Shown: positions 12,687 to 24,400 of the stretch, piece after piece | Layout of the letters: each line of letters opens with the position of its first letter | Numbering within the stretch: the stretch's first letter is position 1 | Assembly: GCA_002269645.1 (NCBI GenBank) | Contig: NIVC01001864.1 | Coordinates: forward strand, 47,953-111,952 | DNA from: Macrostomum lignano | Lineage: Eukaryota | Reading direction: 5' to 3' | Length of the DNA: 64,000 nt | Translations under genes and position numbers: made by a program | The notes under the pieces: generated by a model | Seen by the model: the letters and a program-made list of their open reading frames with translations, nothing else | Told to the model about the DNA's origin: nothing | The model's database searches: none

Positions 12687-13429
12687 GTAACACACCTGGC
12701 AGACTACACTGCTCTCTCTCTCCGGTGGGTAGAATCGCCCTGAAACACACCTGGCAGACTACACTGCTCTCTCTCTCCGGTGGGTAGAATCGCCCTGTAA
12801 CACACCTGGCAGACTACACTGCTCTCTCTCTCCGGTGGGTAGAATCGCCCTGTAACACACCTGGCAGACTACACTGCTCTCTCTCTCCGGTGGGTAGAAT
12901 CGCCCTGTAACACACCTGGCAGACTACACTGCTCTCTCTCTCCGGTGGGTAGAATCGCCCTGTAACACACCTGGCAGACTACACTGCTCTCTCTCTCCGG
13001 TGGGTAGAATCGCCCTGTAACACACCTGGCAGACTACACTGCTCTCTCTCTCCGGTGGGTAGAATCGCCCTGTAACACACCTGGCAGACTACACTGCTCT
13101 CTCTCTCCGGTGGGTAGAATCGCCCTGTAACACACCTGGCAGACTACACTGCTCTCTCTCTCCGGTGGGTAGAATCGCCCTGTAACACACCTGGCAGACT
13201 ACACTGCTCTCTCTCTCCGGTGGTAGAATCGCCCTGTAACACACCTGGCAGACTACACTGCTCTCTCTCTCCGGTGGGTAGAATCGCCCTGTAACACACC
13301 TGGCAGACTACACTGCTCTCTCTCTCCGGTGGGTAGAATCGCCCTGTAACACACCTGGCAGACTACACTGCTCTCTCTCTCCGGTGGGTAGAATCGCCCT
13401 GTAACACACCTGGCAGACTACACTGCTAC
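12687..13429. repeat. 55-bp minisatellite, left block
   Basis: GTAACACACCTGGCAGACTACACTGCTCTCTCTCTCCGGTGGGTAGAATCGCCCT, about 13 highly homogeneous units. Confidence 0.95.
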
Positions 13430-15461
13430 CACAGATACTATAAACACTAGATGGGCCGCTCCAGCTAATTTTCACAACACGACAGTTTACTCTACTTTCT
13501 GCTTAGTAGTAGTAAAAACATTTTAGCGTTATTTATATTTTTTTAATAAAAAACAGATGAATGCAATGCAGCAATTGTATTGATTTTTTTGCAAAAAGAA
13601 ACTTATAATTATACTTTCTACAATTCAAAGCAACATTGTGAATGCTTTAGATTGCATAGAAGGCTATATTATTGCAGTCAACTATTGTATATTTAGCAAA
13701 TACGAGCTATATCATATACTCCATAATCCATATTCGTGTAGCAAAATAGAAAGATTTCTCATCTTAATCAGCTCATCTGTTTGTGAAACTCGCAGCGTGC
13801 TGTCGAAGAACAGGGTTGCCAGTCGCCCTTGTTCAGAGGCAGCATTCAGAACGGCCCAACAGATGAAAAAAACTGGCGAATGCGCCACTTCAAGGTCCAG
13901 GGATGTATCCGATGGAGAGCCAATCCTCAGTGGTTTCGTAACAGGCAGCCGATAAGCAGCAGGACTTTTGTGGTGCAGCTGCAATGAGCTGCTGATGAGA
14001 TGACATCCTTTGACCAGAGCACCCCTGACTGCGAGCGCCCTGCCGCCCAGTCGACCGCTGGAAGCTGCGCTAGCCACGCCTCCACAGTCCATGGATGCAC
14101 GACTGCGCTGCACTTGCCTTGACCCTCGAGAGTTGCTGCTGCAGCCGCTTGATTCGCCTGTCGCTTTCGGGATTGCCGCTGCAGCCGCTTGATTTGCCTG
14201 TCGCTTTCGGGATTGCCGCTGCAGCCGCTTGATTTGCCTGTCGCTTTCGGGATTGCCGCTGCAGCCGCTTGATTTGCCTGTCGCTTTCGGGATTGCCGCT
14301 GCAGCCGCTTGATTTGCCTGTCGCTTTCGGGATTGCCGCTGCAGCCGCTTGATTTGCCTGTCGCTTTCGGGATTGCCGCTGCAGCCGCTTGATTCGCCTG
14401 TCACTTTCGGGATCGTTGCTGCAGCCGCTTGATCGTTGACTCTAGCGCTTGGAATCCGCGAATCGGCTGCAGAGGTGAGAGCTTTCAGCCGCAACAGCTG
14501 TTCTCGGCGCAGAATCTGGTAGCCGAAGGTTGCTCTGCCAGCACTGGAGGGTACATGTCGTCTGCCTCTTCATCGTTTATCAGTCCTTTGCACAGAGGGT
14601 AGCTGGTCTATTTGAACGAGCCGAGGCAGCATCAACTAACTCTTGGTGTGGGATTGCGTCCCAGCGAAAACAGATGTCTTCTGTCTTGCACATCCGTGGC
14701 ACTTTGTAAGGCAGCAGTAGGCCTCGACCATAAAGTGCAAGCTGAACACACGTAGGCCCCGTGATTTAATTGTTTATAAAGGTCAATATCCACGCTCCTG
14801 CAGTAGCTGCTTCCAGCGCTTCGCCAGTGTCATCTTTTGGTAATTTATGCATTCGCAACGGATTTTTCTTTCTCGGATGTTAATAGCACTAGTACAGAGC
14901 TCGTGCAAGTGGGAGCACAGCAGTGGTTCGAATCAAAACATTTCTCGAGTACGAGATTAGATAGAAAAGCTAGTATGCACTCGAACTTTCTTTAACTCTG
15001 ACTCTTGTCCTGTTTATCTAAATAAGCTTGTATTTAAGCACGATTCGCCACCCCCAAATTTTCTAAACCACAACCTCTCAGTCTCAACCCCACCCCCAAC
15101 CTAGCTATGTGCAGTCCTTTATTTTCTATCCCACCACCAGTGGGCCCAAATTATCGATCCACTCACCCTGCCTTATACGAAACTGATATTAACCCTATTC
15201 CAGACTACCCCCCTTCCTCCACTTTGAAAGATAGCGGCATTGTACACTGTCTGTCGCGTATTAATGTACACCATTACTGCACAAAACAAGTTAGTTGTTT
15301 ATGACGTTAGCAAAACGATGTCTTAAAAACAGTCACTCGATTTGTCTAATTTAGCAAATAATACTGTTGCTTCCTTACAGTGCTACTAAGCAGAAAGTAG
15401 AATAAAAAACTTGCCCAGAAAATTAGCTTGAGTGGCCTGTCTAGTGTTTATAGTATCTGTG
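13430..15461 (-). mobile_element. P-element-like DNA transposon (THAP domain, truncated and frameshifted transposase), 2,032 bp
   Basis: 43-bp TIRs CACAGATACTATAAACACTAGA... (13430-13472, 15419-15461; 4 mismatches, outer 22 bp perfect). 8-bp TSD ACTGCTAC at 13422-13429 and 15462-15469. The minus strand encodes THAP motifs (NHCCAPTC, MHKLPKD, AKRW, YVCS/LHF, DAIP) over several frames, then HKSPAAYR and LATLFFD. Confidence 0.85.
14138..14433. repeat. 40-bp tandem repeat inside the P-like transposase remnant
   Basis: GCTGCAGCCGCTTGATTTGCCTGTCGCTTTCGGGATTGCC, 7 units plus a partial unit. Confidence 0.9.
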
Positions 15462-16170
15462 ACTGCTACCTCTCTCCAATGGGTAGAATCGCCCTGTAAC
15501 ACACCTGGCAGACTACACTGCTACCTCTCTCCGGTGGGTAGAATCGCCCTGTAACACACCTGGCAGACTACACTGCTCTCTCTCTCCGGTGGGTAGAATC
15601 GCTCTGTAACACACCTGGCAGACTACACTGCTACCTCTCTCCGGTGGGTAGAATCGCCCTGTAACACACCTGGCAGACTACACTGCTACCTCTCTCCGGT
15701 GGGTAGAATCGCCCTGTAACACACCTGGCAGACTACACTGCTCTCTCTCTCCGGTGGGTAGAATCGCTCTGTAACACACCTGGCAGACTACACTGCTACC
15801 TCTCTCCGGTGGGTAGAATCGCCCTGTAACACACCTGGCAGACTACACTGCTACCTCTCTCCAATGGGTAGAATCGCTCTGTAACACACCTGGCAAATTA
15901 CACTGTGCTCTCCGGTGGGTAGAATCGCTCTGTAACACACCTGGCAGACTACACTGCTACCTCTCTCCAATGGGTAGAATCGCTCTGTAACACGCCTGGC
16001 AGATTACACTGTGCTCTCCGGTGGGTAGAATCGCTCTGTAACACACCTGGCAGACTACACTGCTCTCTCTCTCCGGTGGGTAGCATCGCCCTGTAACACA
16101 CCTGGCAGACTACACTGCTCTCTCTCTCCGGTGGGTAGAATCGCCCTGTAACACACCTGGCAGATTACAC
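15462..16170. repeat. 55-bp minisatellite, right block
   Basis: Same unit resumes after the P-like element, about 13 units with variants (CTACC, CCAAT, GCTCT). Confidence 0.95.
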
Positions 16171-16914
16171 CTTGGTTTCCCGCTCCTATTATATTAATCT
16201 CATATTGCTCATAGTTTCCGTGTAGTAAGATAGAACTGATAGCAATATGCATTGTTTGTTTTAGATGGTGAATTTGCATGTTTTATTTGTTTATGCTTGG
16301 CTGTCTGGCTGTGTGGATGTGTTGACATCTCACCTATCCGGATGTTATGTTTACTATATACATCATTATTTCTGTTGATATTTATTAAGAGTTTTCCAAC
16401 AAAGCTATCTAATGATCTTCATTTCGTAATTGCACATATAAAACATATTGGCATCTTGTGAGAGCTTTCGTAGCAATATGTGTTTTTTCATTAATTGTAT
16501 TTTTGTGTTTGTGTTGTAAGTTGCCTGTCTTTCCATTCACGCTAAACTTCTGTTTATGCTTTTCTGTAATTACTATTATTATCCAGTACTGTTGTTTCTT
16601 TATATCAGTAATTCCCAGTGATAAATAAGTTATTTTTTTTCAATTACATTCTGGTATATGGCAGGATTGATAACTGAAAAAATTAGTTTAAATATAACTG
16701 TCTTTAATTTTTATTTGTTTTAATTAAGCAACTTGTTCATTTTTTAAATATTACCTTCGCGTTGGATTTGGTAACCATAAAATTAAAATACAACTCAAAA
16801 CGATTTTTTCGTTGATAAATTAATGATAAATATTATCTCTACATATAATTTGGTCTTCAAAGTATAATATTAAATTGTTTGTATGCACTTTTTTTCATCA
16901 CAGCTGTTTTTCTT

Positions 16915-17718
16915 CCTCCAGTGGCTGCTGCTTCCCCTCCTCAGGTCCTCCAGTGGCTGCCGCTTTACCTCCTCAGGTCCTCCAGTAGCTGCTGCTTCCC
17001 CCCTCAGGTCCTACAGTGGCTGCCGCTTCCCTCCTCAGGTCCTCCAGTGGCTGCCGCTTCCCCTCCTCAGGTACTCCAGTAGCTGCTGCTTTCCCTCCTC
17101 AGGTCCTCCAGTGGCTGCCGCTTCCCCCCTCAGGTCCTCCAGTAGCTGCCGCTTCCCCTCCTCAGGTCCTCCAGTGGCTGCCGCTTCCCCTCCTCGGGTC
17201 CTCCAGTGGCTGCCACTTCCCCTCCTCAGGTCCTCCAGTGGCTGCCACTTCCCCTCAGGTCCTCCAGTGGCTGCTGCTTCCCCTCCTCAGGTCCTCCAGT
17301 AGCTGCCGCTTCCCCTCAGGTCCTCCATTGGCTGCCGCTTCCCTCCTCAGGTCCTCCAGTGGCTGCCGCTTTCCCTCCTCAGGTCCTCCAGTGGCTGCCG
17401 CTTTCCCTCCTCAGGTCCTCCAGTGGCTGCCGCTTTACCTCCTCAGGTCCTCCAGTAGCTGCTGCTTCCCCTCCTCAGGTCCTCCAGTAGCTGCCGCTTC
17501 CCCTCAGGTCCTCCAGTGGCTGCCGCTTTACCTCCTCAGGTCCTCCAGTAGCTGCTGCTTCCCCCCTCAGGTCCTACAGTGGCTGCCGCTTCCCCTCCTC
17601 AGGTCCTCCAGTGGCTGCCGCTTTCCCTCCTCAGGTCCTCCAGTGGCTGCCGCTTCCCCTCCTCAGGTCCTCCAGTGGCTGCTGCTTCCCCTCCTCAGGT
17701 CCTCCAGTGGCTGCCGCC
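16915..17718. repeat. ~29-33-bp minisatellite CCTCAGGTCCTCCAGTGGCTGCCGCTTCCCCT
   Basis: About 25 units ending about 60 bp before the AIMP1 ATG. Confidence 0.92.
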
Positions 17719-17779
17719 CCACTTCACTACTAAAGTCCATATTAGACTTCATATTATAACTCCACTACTTATTATTTGC

Positions 17780-19603
17780 ATGGCAACTGCGGCTCAACAG
17801 CAGCAACAGCTGGCCCAGGAGCTCCTGGCCGAGGTGCGCGGCCAGCTGGCGATGCTTCAGTCGGCCGCCGCCAAGTCCACTGGCGACGCCGCCAGCCAGC
17901 AGCGGCAGCAGCTGCGCGATCAGCTGATCGCCGAGAACGCCGAGCTGCGCGCCGAAGCCGACCGTCTGCGCGACGAAATGATCCGGCTGCAGATGCGCAA
18001 CGGCGTCGCCCAGGTGCCGCTGCTTCGTCCGGAGCCGCCGTCGTCTGCGTCGGCCTCAGCGACGGTAGCGGCTCCGACGCCTAGCGCTGCCGCTGAGAAG
18101 CCCAAAGCAGATTCCAAAGCCGGCAGCGCCGCCACCGCTGCTACTGCTGCTGCTTCTAATAAAAAGCCGGGCAAGGTAGGTACACTCAACAGTATTGTGG
18201 GATGCTTGAAGCATAGTTGATGGAGCAGCAATTGTGGGATGCTGGAAGCAGAGTTGATGGAGCAGCAATTGTGGGATGCTGGAAGCAGAGTTGATGGAGC
18301 AGCAATTGTGGCATGCTGGAAGCAGAGTTGATGTAGATTTGATTGAACTACTGTATATAGAATCGCCTACTGAATAGTAGTAAGTAAAGAATGTGAAGTG
18401 AGTCTCGTATGTATAAAATTTAGGCACATATATTAGTAGTTAAACTTAGTAATTAGAACCAGTAACGACTTCTTACGATGAAAAAATACACTACCTGCAG
18501 CTGAGGATCTTGATATTGCAAATATCTTTTTTGTTTTTAAATGGGTGTAAATTTCCGCGCCGGTAGTCACACTTGATGGCTATAATTATTTATACATCGA
18601 ATCAATGTTTCCACAGGCTGCCGGACAAGCCAAGGATTCCGGCAAGCCAGCCGAGTCGAAGAAGACCGCCGGCAAAGAACCCACTGCCGCCGACGGCGGT
18701 CTCGACGTGACCAGGCTGGACCTTCGAGTTGGCCGCATTGTGTCCGCCGAGAAGCACCCGGACGCCGATGCGCTCTACGTTGAAACTGTCGACGTTGGCG
18801 AGGAGCGGCCGCGAACCATTGTGAGCGGCCTGGCTGCGCATGTTCCACTGCCCGAACTGCAGGGTATGAAGGGGGCTTGCTGATTTTTGGTACTCCTACA
18901 GCATCCCTACAATTGCTGCTCCATCAACTCTGCTTCCAGCATCCCACAATTGCTTCTCCATCAACTCTGCTTCCAGCATCCCACAATTGCTCCTCCATCA
19001 ACTCTGCTTCCAGCATCCCCACAATTGCTGCTCCATCAACTCTGCTTCCAGCATCCCACAATTGCTTCTCCATCAACTGTGCAATTGATGCTTCCAGCAT
19101 CCCACAATTGCTCCTCCATCAACTCTGCTTCCAGCATCCCACAATTGCTGCTCCATCAACTCTGCTTCTGGCATCCCAAATTTTCTGCCCCATAAATCAA
19201 GTCGTTGCTTCAAATATTTCCTGCACGCTACACTTTGCCTTTCTCACCCTGATCTGCTTCAGGCCGGCTAGCCGTCTTCCTGCTGAACCTGAAGCCGGCC
19301 AAAATGCGCGGCATCTCCAGCGAAGGCATGATCATGTGCGCTTCCGCTTCCGGTAAAGTCGAAATCCTGTCGCCTCCGTCCGGCGTCTCGCCCGGCGATC
19401 GCGTGTCCGTGGCCGGCTGTCCGAGTCCGGCCGAGCGGCCTCCAGACGCGCAGCTCAATCCGAAGAAGAAGATCTGGGAGGCACTGAAGCCGCACTGTCT
19501 TGTGGATGCGAACGGCTACGCCGGATTTAACGGCGCCCGCTGGCTGGTAGCCGGCAAAGGCGAGGTCCGGGCGCCCAGCCTGAAATCGGCGCAGATCTCC
19601 TAG
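17780..19603 (+). CDS. AIMP1: Aminoacyl-tRNA synthetase complex-interacting multifunctional protein 1 (p43/EMAP II); exons 17780-18175, 18617-18863, 19263-19603
   Basis: N-terminal coiled coil ending NGVAQVPL; OB-fold [40 protein letters not shown] and [20 protein letters not shown]; [13 protein letters not shown]. Junction phases 0 and 1 keep frame. Confidence 0.95.
18194..18333 (+). repeat. 37-bp repeat CAATTGTGGGATGCTGGAAGCAGAGTTGATGGAGCAG in AIMP1 intron 1
   Basis: About 4 units. Confidence 0.9.
18900..19178 (-). repeat. Same 37-bp repeat, inverted, in AIMP1 intron 2
   Basis: About 7 units of CCATCAACTCTGCTTCCAGCATCCCACAATTGCTGCT, the reverse complement of the intron 1 unit. Confidence 0.9.
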
Positions 19604-19944
19604 TAGTTACCATGCAGCTGGTACGGTCTTGCGTGCGGAATAGCGGACAGGCAGACTGAGTTGATATTTAGAAAATTGAATAGGCTATTATAGCTGAAAT
19701 TATAAAAATTGCGCAAAACTATCGCGTTGATGATAAAACTAAATTTAACTGCGCGTGTTAAATTTTTGGTCTGGACTTTTGTGTGTGTAGTTGATTTTTT
19801 TACTCATCTTGTGTGTCCGAATAGTTTTGAAGGCTTTTGGTGGATAGAATTCGAGAGGTAACAGAGAGCAGCTTGGTAGAGAGGGGAGGAGAGACTTGGT
19901 AGAGGCCGTTAGGAGATTTCACGGTAAAAAAAGCACATGTAGGA

Positions 19945-21335
19945 GAAGCTCAGGTAGAGGGGGTAGGAGAAGCCCAGGTAGAGGAGTAGAAGAGGCTCAG
20001 GTAGAGGGGTAGGAGAGGCTCATGTAGAGGGGTAGGAGAGGCTCATGTAGAGGGGTAGGAGAGGCTCATGTAGAGGGGTAGGAGAGGCTCAGGTAGAGGG
20101 TAGTAGAGGCTCAGGTAGAGGGTAGGAGAGGCTCAGCTAGAGGGTTAGGAGAGGCTCAGCTAGAGGGTTAGGAGAGGCTCAGCTAGAGGGTTAGGAGAGG
20201 CTCAGCTAGAGGGTTAGGAGAGGCTCAGGTAGAGGGTAGGAGAGGCTCAGCTAGAGGGTTAGGAGAGGCTCAGCTAGAGGGTTAGGAGAGGCTCAGCTAG
20301 AGGGTTAGGAGAGGCTCAGGTAAAAGGGGTAGGAGAGGCTCAGGTAGAGGTGATAGGAGAGGCTCAGGTAGAGGTGGTAGGAGAGGCTCAGGTAAAAGGG
20401 GTAGGAGAGGCTCAGGTAAAAGGGGTAGGAGAGGCCCAGGTAGAGGGGTAGCAGAGGCTCAGGTAGAGGGGGTAGGAGAGGCTCAGGTAGAGGGGGTAGG
20501 AGAGGCTCAGGTAGAGGGGTAGGAGAGGCTCATGTAGAGGGGTAGGAGAGGCTCAGGTAGAGGGTAGTAGAGGCTCAGGTAGAGGGTAGGAGAGGCTCAG
20601 CTAGAGGGTTAGGAGAGGCTCAGGTAGAGGTGGTAGGAGAGGCTCAGGTAGAGGAGGTAGGAGAGGCTCAGGTAGAGGTGGTAGGAGAGGCTCAGGTAGA
20701 GGGGGTAGGAGAGGCTCAGGTAGAGGGGTAGGAGAGGCTCAGGTAGAGGGGTAGGAGAGGCTCAGGTAGAGGGGGTAGGAGAGGCTCAGGTAGAGGTGGT
20801 AGGAAAGGCTCAGGTAGAGGGGGTAGGAGAGGCTCAGGTAGAGGAGGTAGGAGAGGCTCAGGTAGAGGAGGTAGGAGAGGCTCAGGTAGAGGAGGTAGGA
20901 GAGGCTCAGGTAGAGGTGGTAGGAGAGGCTCAGGTAGAGGAGGTAGGAGAGGCTCAGGTAGAGGAGGTAGGAGAGGCTCAGGTAGAGGAGGTAGGAGAGG
21001 CTCAGGTAGAGGTGGTAGGAGAGGCTCAGGTAGAGGAGGTAGGAGAGGCTCAGGTAGAGGAGGTAGGAGAGGCTCAGGTAGAGGAGGTAGGAGAGGCTCA
21101 GGTAGAGGTGGTAGGAGAGGCTCAGGTAGAGGAGGTAGGAGAGGCTCAGGTAGAGGAGGTAGGAGAGGCTCAGGTAGAGGAGGTAGGAGAGGCTCAGGTA
21201 GAGGTGGTAGGAGAGGCTCAGGTAGAGGAGGTAGGAGAGGCTCAGGTAGAGGAGGTAGGAGAGGCTCAGGTAGAGGAGGTAAGAGAGGCTCAGGTAGAGG
21301 AGGTAGGAGAGGCTCAGGTAGAGGAGGTAGGAGAG
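19945..21335. repeat. 23-24-bp purine-rich minisatellite GGCTCAGGTAGAGGAGGTAGGAGA
   Basis: About 58 units between AIMP1 and the LRMDA acceptor. Confidence 0.95.
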
Positions 21336-21425
21336 CTGGAGTAGAACTCGTCAGGGTTTAAGGATTCTTAGAAGCGCATTTGAAACTGCGGATCGGAGAT
21401 CTACAATAAAATTAACTTCTTTCAG

Positions 21426-24400
21426 CGAATCTCCCTCGCTTTTCGCGGCCTGACTGACCTGGCCTCGGCCCAGGCGCTATGGCAACCGCCTAGCAACCAG
21501 ATTACCGAGCTGGATCTGTCTGGCAACTGCCTCACAGATGCCTCCCTGCGCGAGCTGGCCCGCCTGCCCCGATTGGACACCCTGGTGCTGGACGGCAACC
21601 GGCTCACCTGTCTGGCCCACCTGCCCAATCTGCCGAGACTTCGCGTACTGTGGCTCAATCGGAACAGTTTGCATAATCTGGCCGACTGCGTGCACAGGCT
21701 CATACGCTGCTGTCCCAGCCTGGCCTCTCTGTCCATGATGGACAACCCGGCTGCGCCCAGCTATTTTAATGGCGCCTCTTATCAGGAGTACGAGGACTAC
21801 AGGTGGGGCCAGGGTTTTTTTTTGTGCGCAGAGTGTGCGTATGCACCCTAAATTTTAAAATCGCACCCTGAAATTAAAAAAGTAGGTGCGGTTTAGGTGC
21901 GGTCTTATAACCATTTTTCTTTAAAGGCTTAACCATGCTTAAGCTATTTTTTATGCACTGCCTTAAAATATGAAACAAAATAACTCTTTAAATCCTATTA
22001 AGTCATATAGGCGATATAGCCTATAGCTATAGCCTTATGTAAGATATTAAAATATACATTCCCAGTTGTCAGAAATGTGAGCAATATGAGGGTTTCACGA
22101 GAGATATTCAGACAGGGGCTCCCTAAAACACGCCCCGCACCGGGCCCCAAACCGCTACACATTATAACATTTTTTGTCAATGCAGTATTTGATTGCAAGG
22201 AAAAGTTAAAATAGTAATGGAATAAACATCTTTATTTATTTTTTAAATATTATTTTTTTTATATTCTCGTTTTCATTATTAATTTATAATATTATTATTT
22301 TATTAATATTATTATTAATATCACTTATTGTTCACCAAATTTTATATTTCAAAGTAAAAAAACTAAATTTAATAAAAACTTGAAGCTTAACAGAAAACGC
22401 ATTCTGAAGTGTCTTTAGTTATAGTCCAATTTGTTTTAATGTGTAGCGCTGCAGGGCGGTGCGGGCGTGTTTTAGGGAGACCCATTCAGACAGACATTCA
22501 AAATGATTGTCTGTAACTTCAAACAAAATTGACCCGTTTCAACCATCTTTTTGGCAAATACTTACGCAAGTGTTGGGCGTCGAATAAGCTTTAATTTATT
22601 AACTGAAGTAAAAATCCTTCTGACATACATTGATTTAAAAATTGCTTAGCAACACTAGCTCTGATTAGAAATCGCTTTACTGTTGACTAAAATTGTTTTG
22701 ATCGTAGCAGCCTAAAAGCAGATACTGGATTTAAAAATGCTTCGATTTACTCTATACGTATGTCTCAGCTTTAAAATGACACCTCAGGCGTCGCAAAAGA
22801 CAGCTTTGATGCTGAGATATTCGACACTAAACATGCATTGCTTTGCGCAAACTCACATTCAGAAATTTCACTGATTTTTTGTCGATATTTGTGCAGTTGC
22901 CGTGTCCTTGTTTTTCATCAGAATCTCGTCAAATTCTAGTCATGTCTATAAGCATGTCTCAGCTTTAAAATGACACCTCAGGCGTTGCAAAAGACAGCTT
23001 TGATGCTGAGATATTCGACACTAAACATTGCTTTGCTCAAACTCACATTCGGAAACTTCACTGATTTTTATTCAATATTTGTTCAGATGCTTGTCTACTT
23101 CTCCATTTATTAACCATCGCATGGAGCCTTGCTAACGTACAAGTGTATGTAGTTACTGTAAATGGGGGGTTTTGTGACTCACTTAAACTTGTTTACGCAT
23201 TCTGCAGCTATTTGCCGCCTTTCATTGGAGTGATTCATGGAGTCCAGTTGATAAATTTCCGCAAATTGGACTGCTTCTATGTCAGATCTCAACATTTGGA
23301 ACCATCCTTGAACTATTTCAGAGTTAAGTGAGCTAATGGCATCAAATGGAAGGCTAGTGCTCGTACTCGTAAGCAAAGCAGGTTCACAATTGAAATGGTT
23401 GTATTCATGGCCATGGGATCTAAACTGATCTGTTTTACTTTCACGATTGCTTCGGTCTCAGAAGGAGCAGCAGTTGATGGACTGAGGTGAGAAGAAGATG
23501 TGTCACGACTTGAGCTGTTTTTAGAAAATATCTTTATCCAATTAAATATTTTCATGTGGCTCCTTAGGTTGTTCCGAATTCCGAGTCTAGAAGTCAAGAC
23601 AGAAAAAAAGTTAAGAACTGCTACGGTAGTCCGTAGGGATTGGAAAGCTTAGCAGTACATTAGAAATCGCCTGTTCAATCTAAAAAGTTTGAAGTACATA
23701 TAGCTATTGGGTTGCAACAACAGTAGAAAAAATTCTTCCTTTTTATTTTATTCCCACCGCTTACCTCATTCCAATTTGGATAGCAGAATTGCCACGCAAA
23801 AAAAGTAAAAACATAACAATAAACTATTTGCTTCATATTAATTGCCACTGACTGTTAATAAACGCGACGTCAATTTCTCTCAATAACAATTGGAACATGT
23901 TTCTTGTACACTCGTATATTTATTTGAATTGCAAAGCGGTGAAAAAGTCATGATTGGTCGCCATATGTACAAATGTACACTCACAGACTCACTGACTCAG
24001 GTACAATCTATGCAATATAAAGGCAGGAATCATTAAAAATCAAATACTTAAGACAGTTTAAGAGAAGTCCAGGTTTAAACTGGACATGACTAGAATTTGA
24101 CAAGTTTCTGATGAAAAACAAGGACATGGCAGCTGCACAAATATCGATAAAAATCAGTGAAATTTCTGAATGTGAGTTTGCACAAAGCAATTGTTTAGTG
24201 TCGAATATCTCAGCATCAAAGCTGTCTTTTGCGACGCCTGAGGTGTCATTTTAAAGCTGAGACATGCGTATAGAGTAAATCGAAGCATTTTTAAATCCAG
24301 TATCTGCTTTTAGGCTGCTACAATCAAAACAATTTTAGTCAACAGTAAAGCGATTTCTAATCAGAGCTAGTGTTGCTAAGCAATTTTTAAATCAATGTAT

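Noticed and set aside
12687-16170. CRISPR-like array
   Set aside because: Units are contiguous with no unique spacers, there are no cas genes, and the context is eukaryotic.
20130-20330. Telomere-like TTAGG motifs
   Set aside because: Single GGGTTAGG occurrences within a 23-bp unit, not a (TTAGGG)n tract.
20796-21344. EVGEAQVE-repeat ORF as a possible LRMDA N-terminus
   Set aside because: It is the 24-bp array, starts at GTG and ends in a stop before the acceptor.
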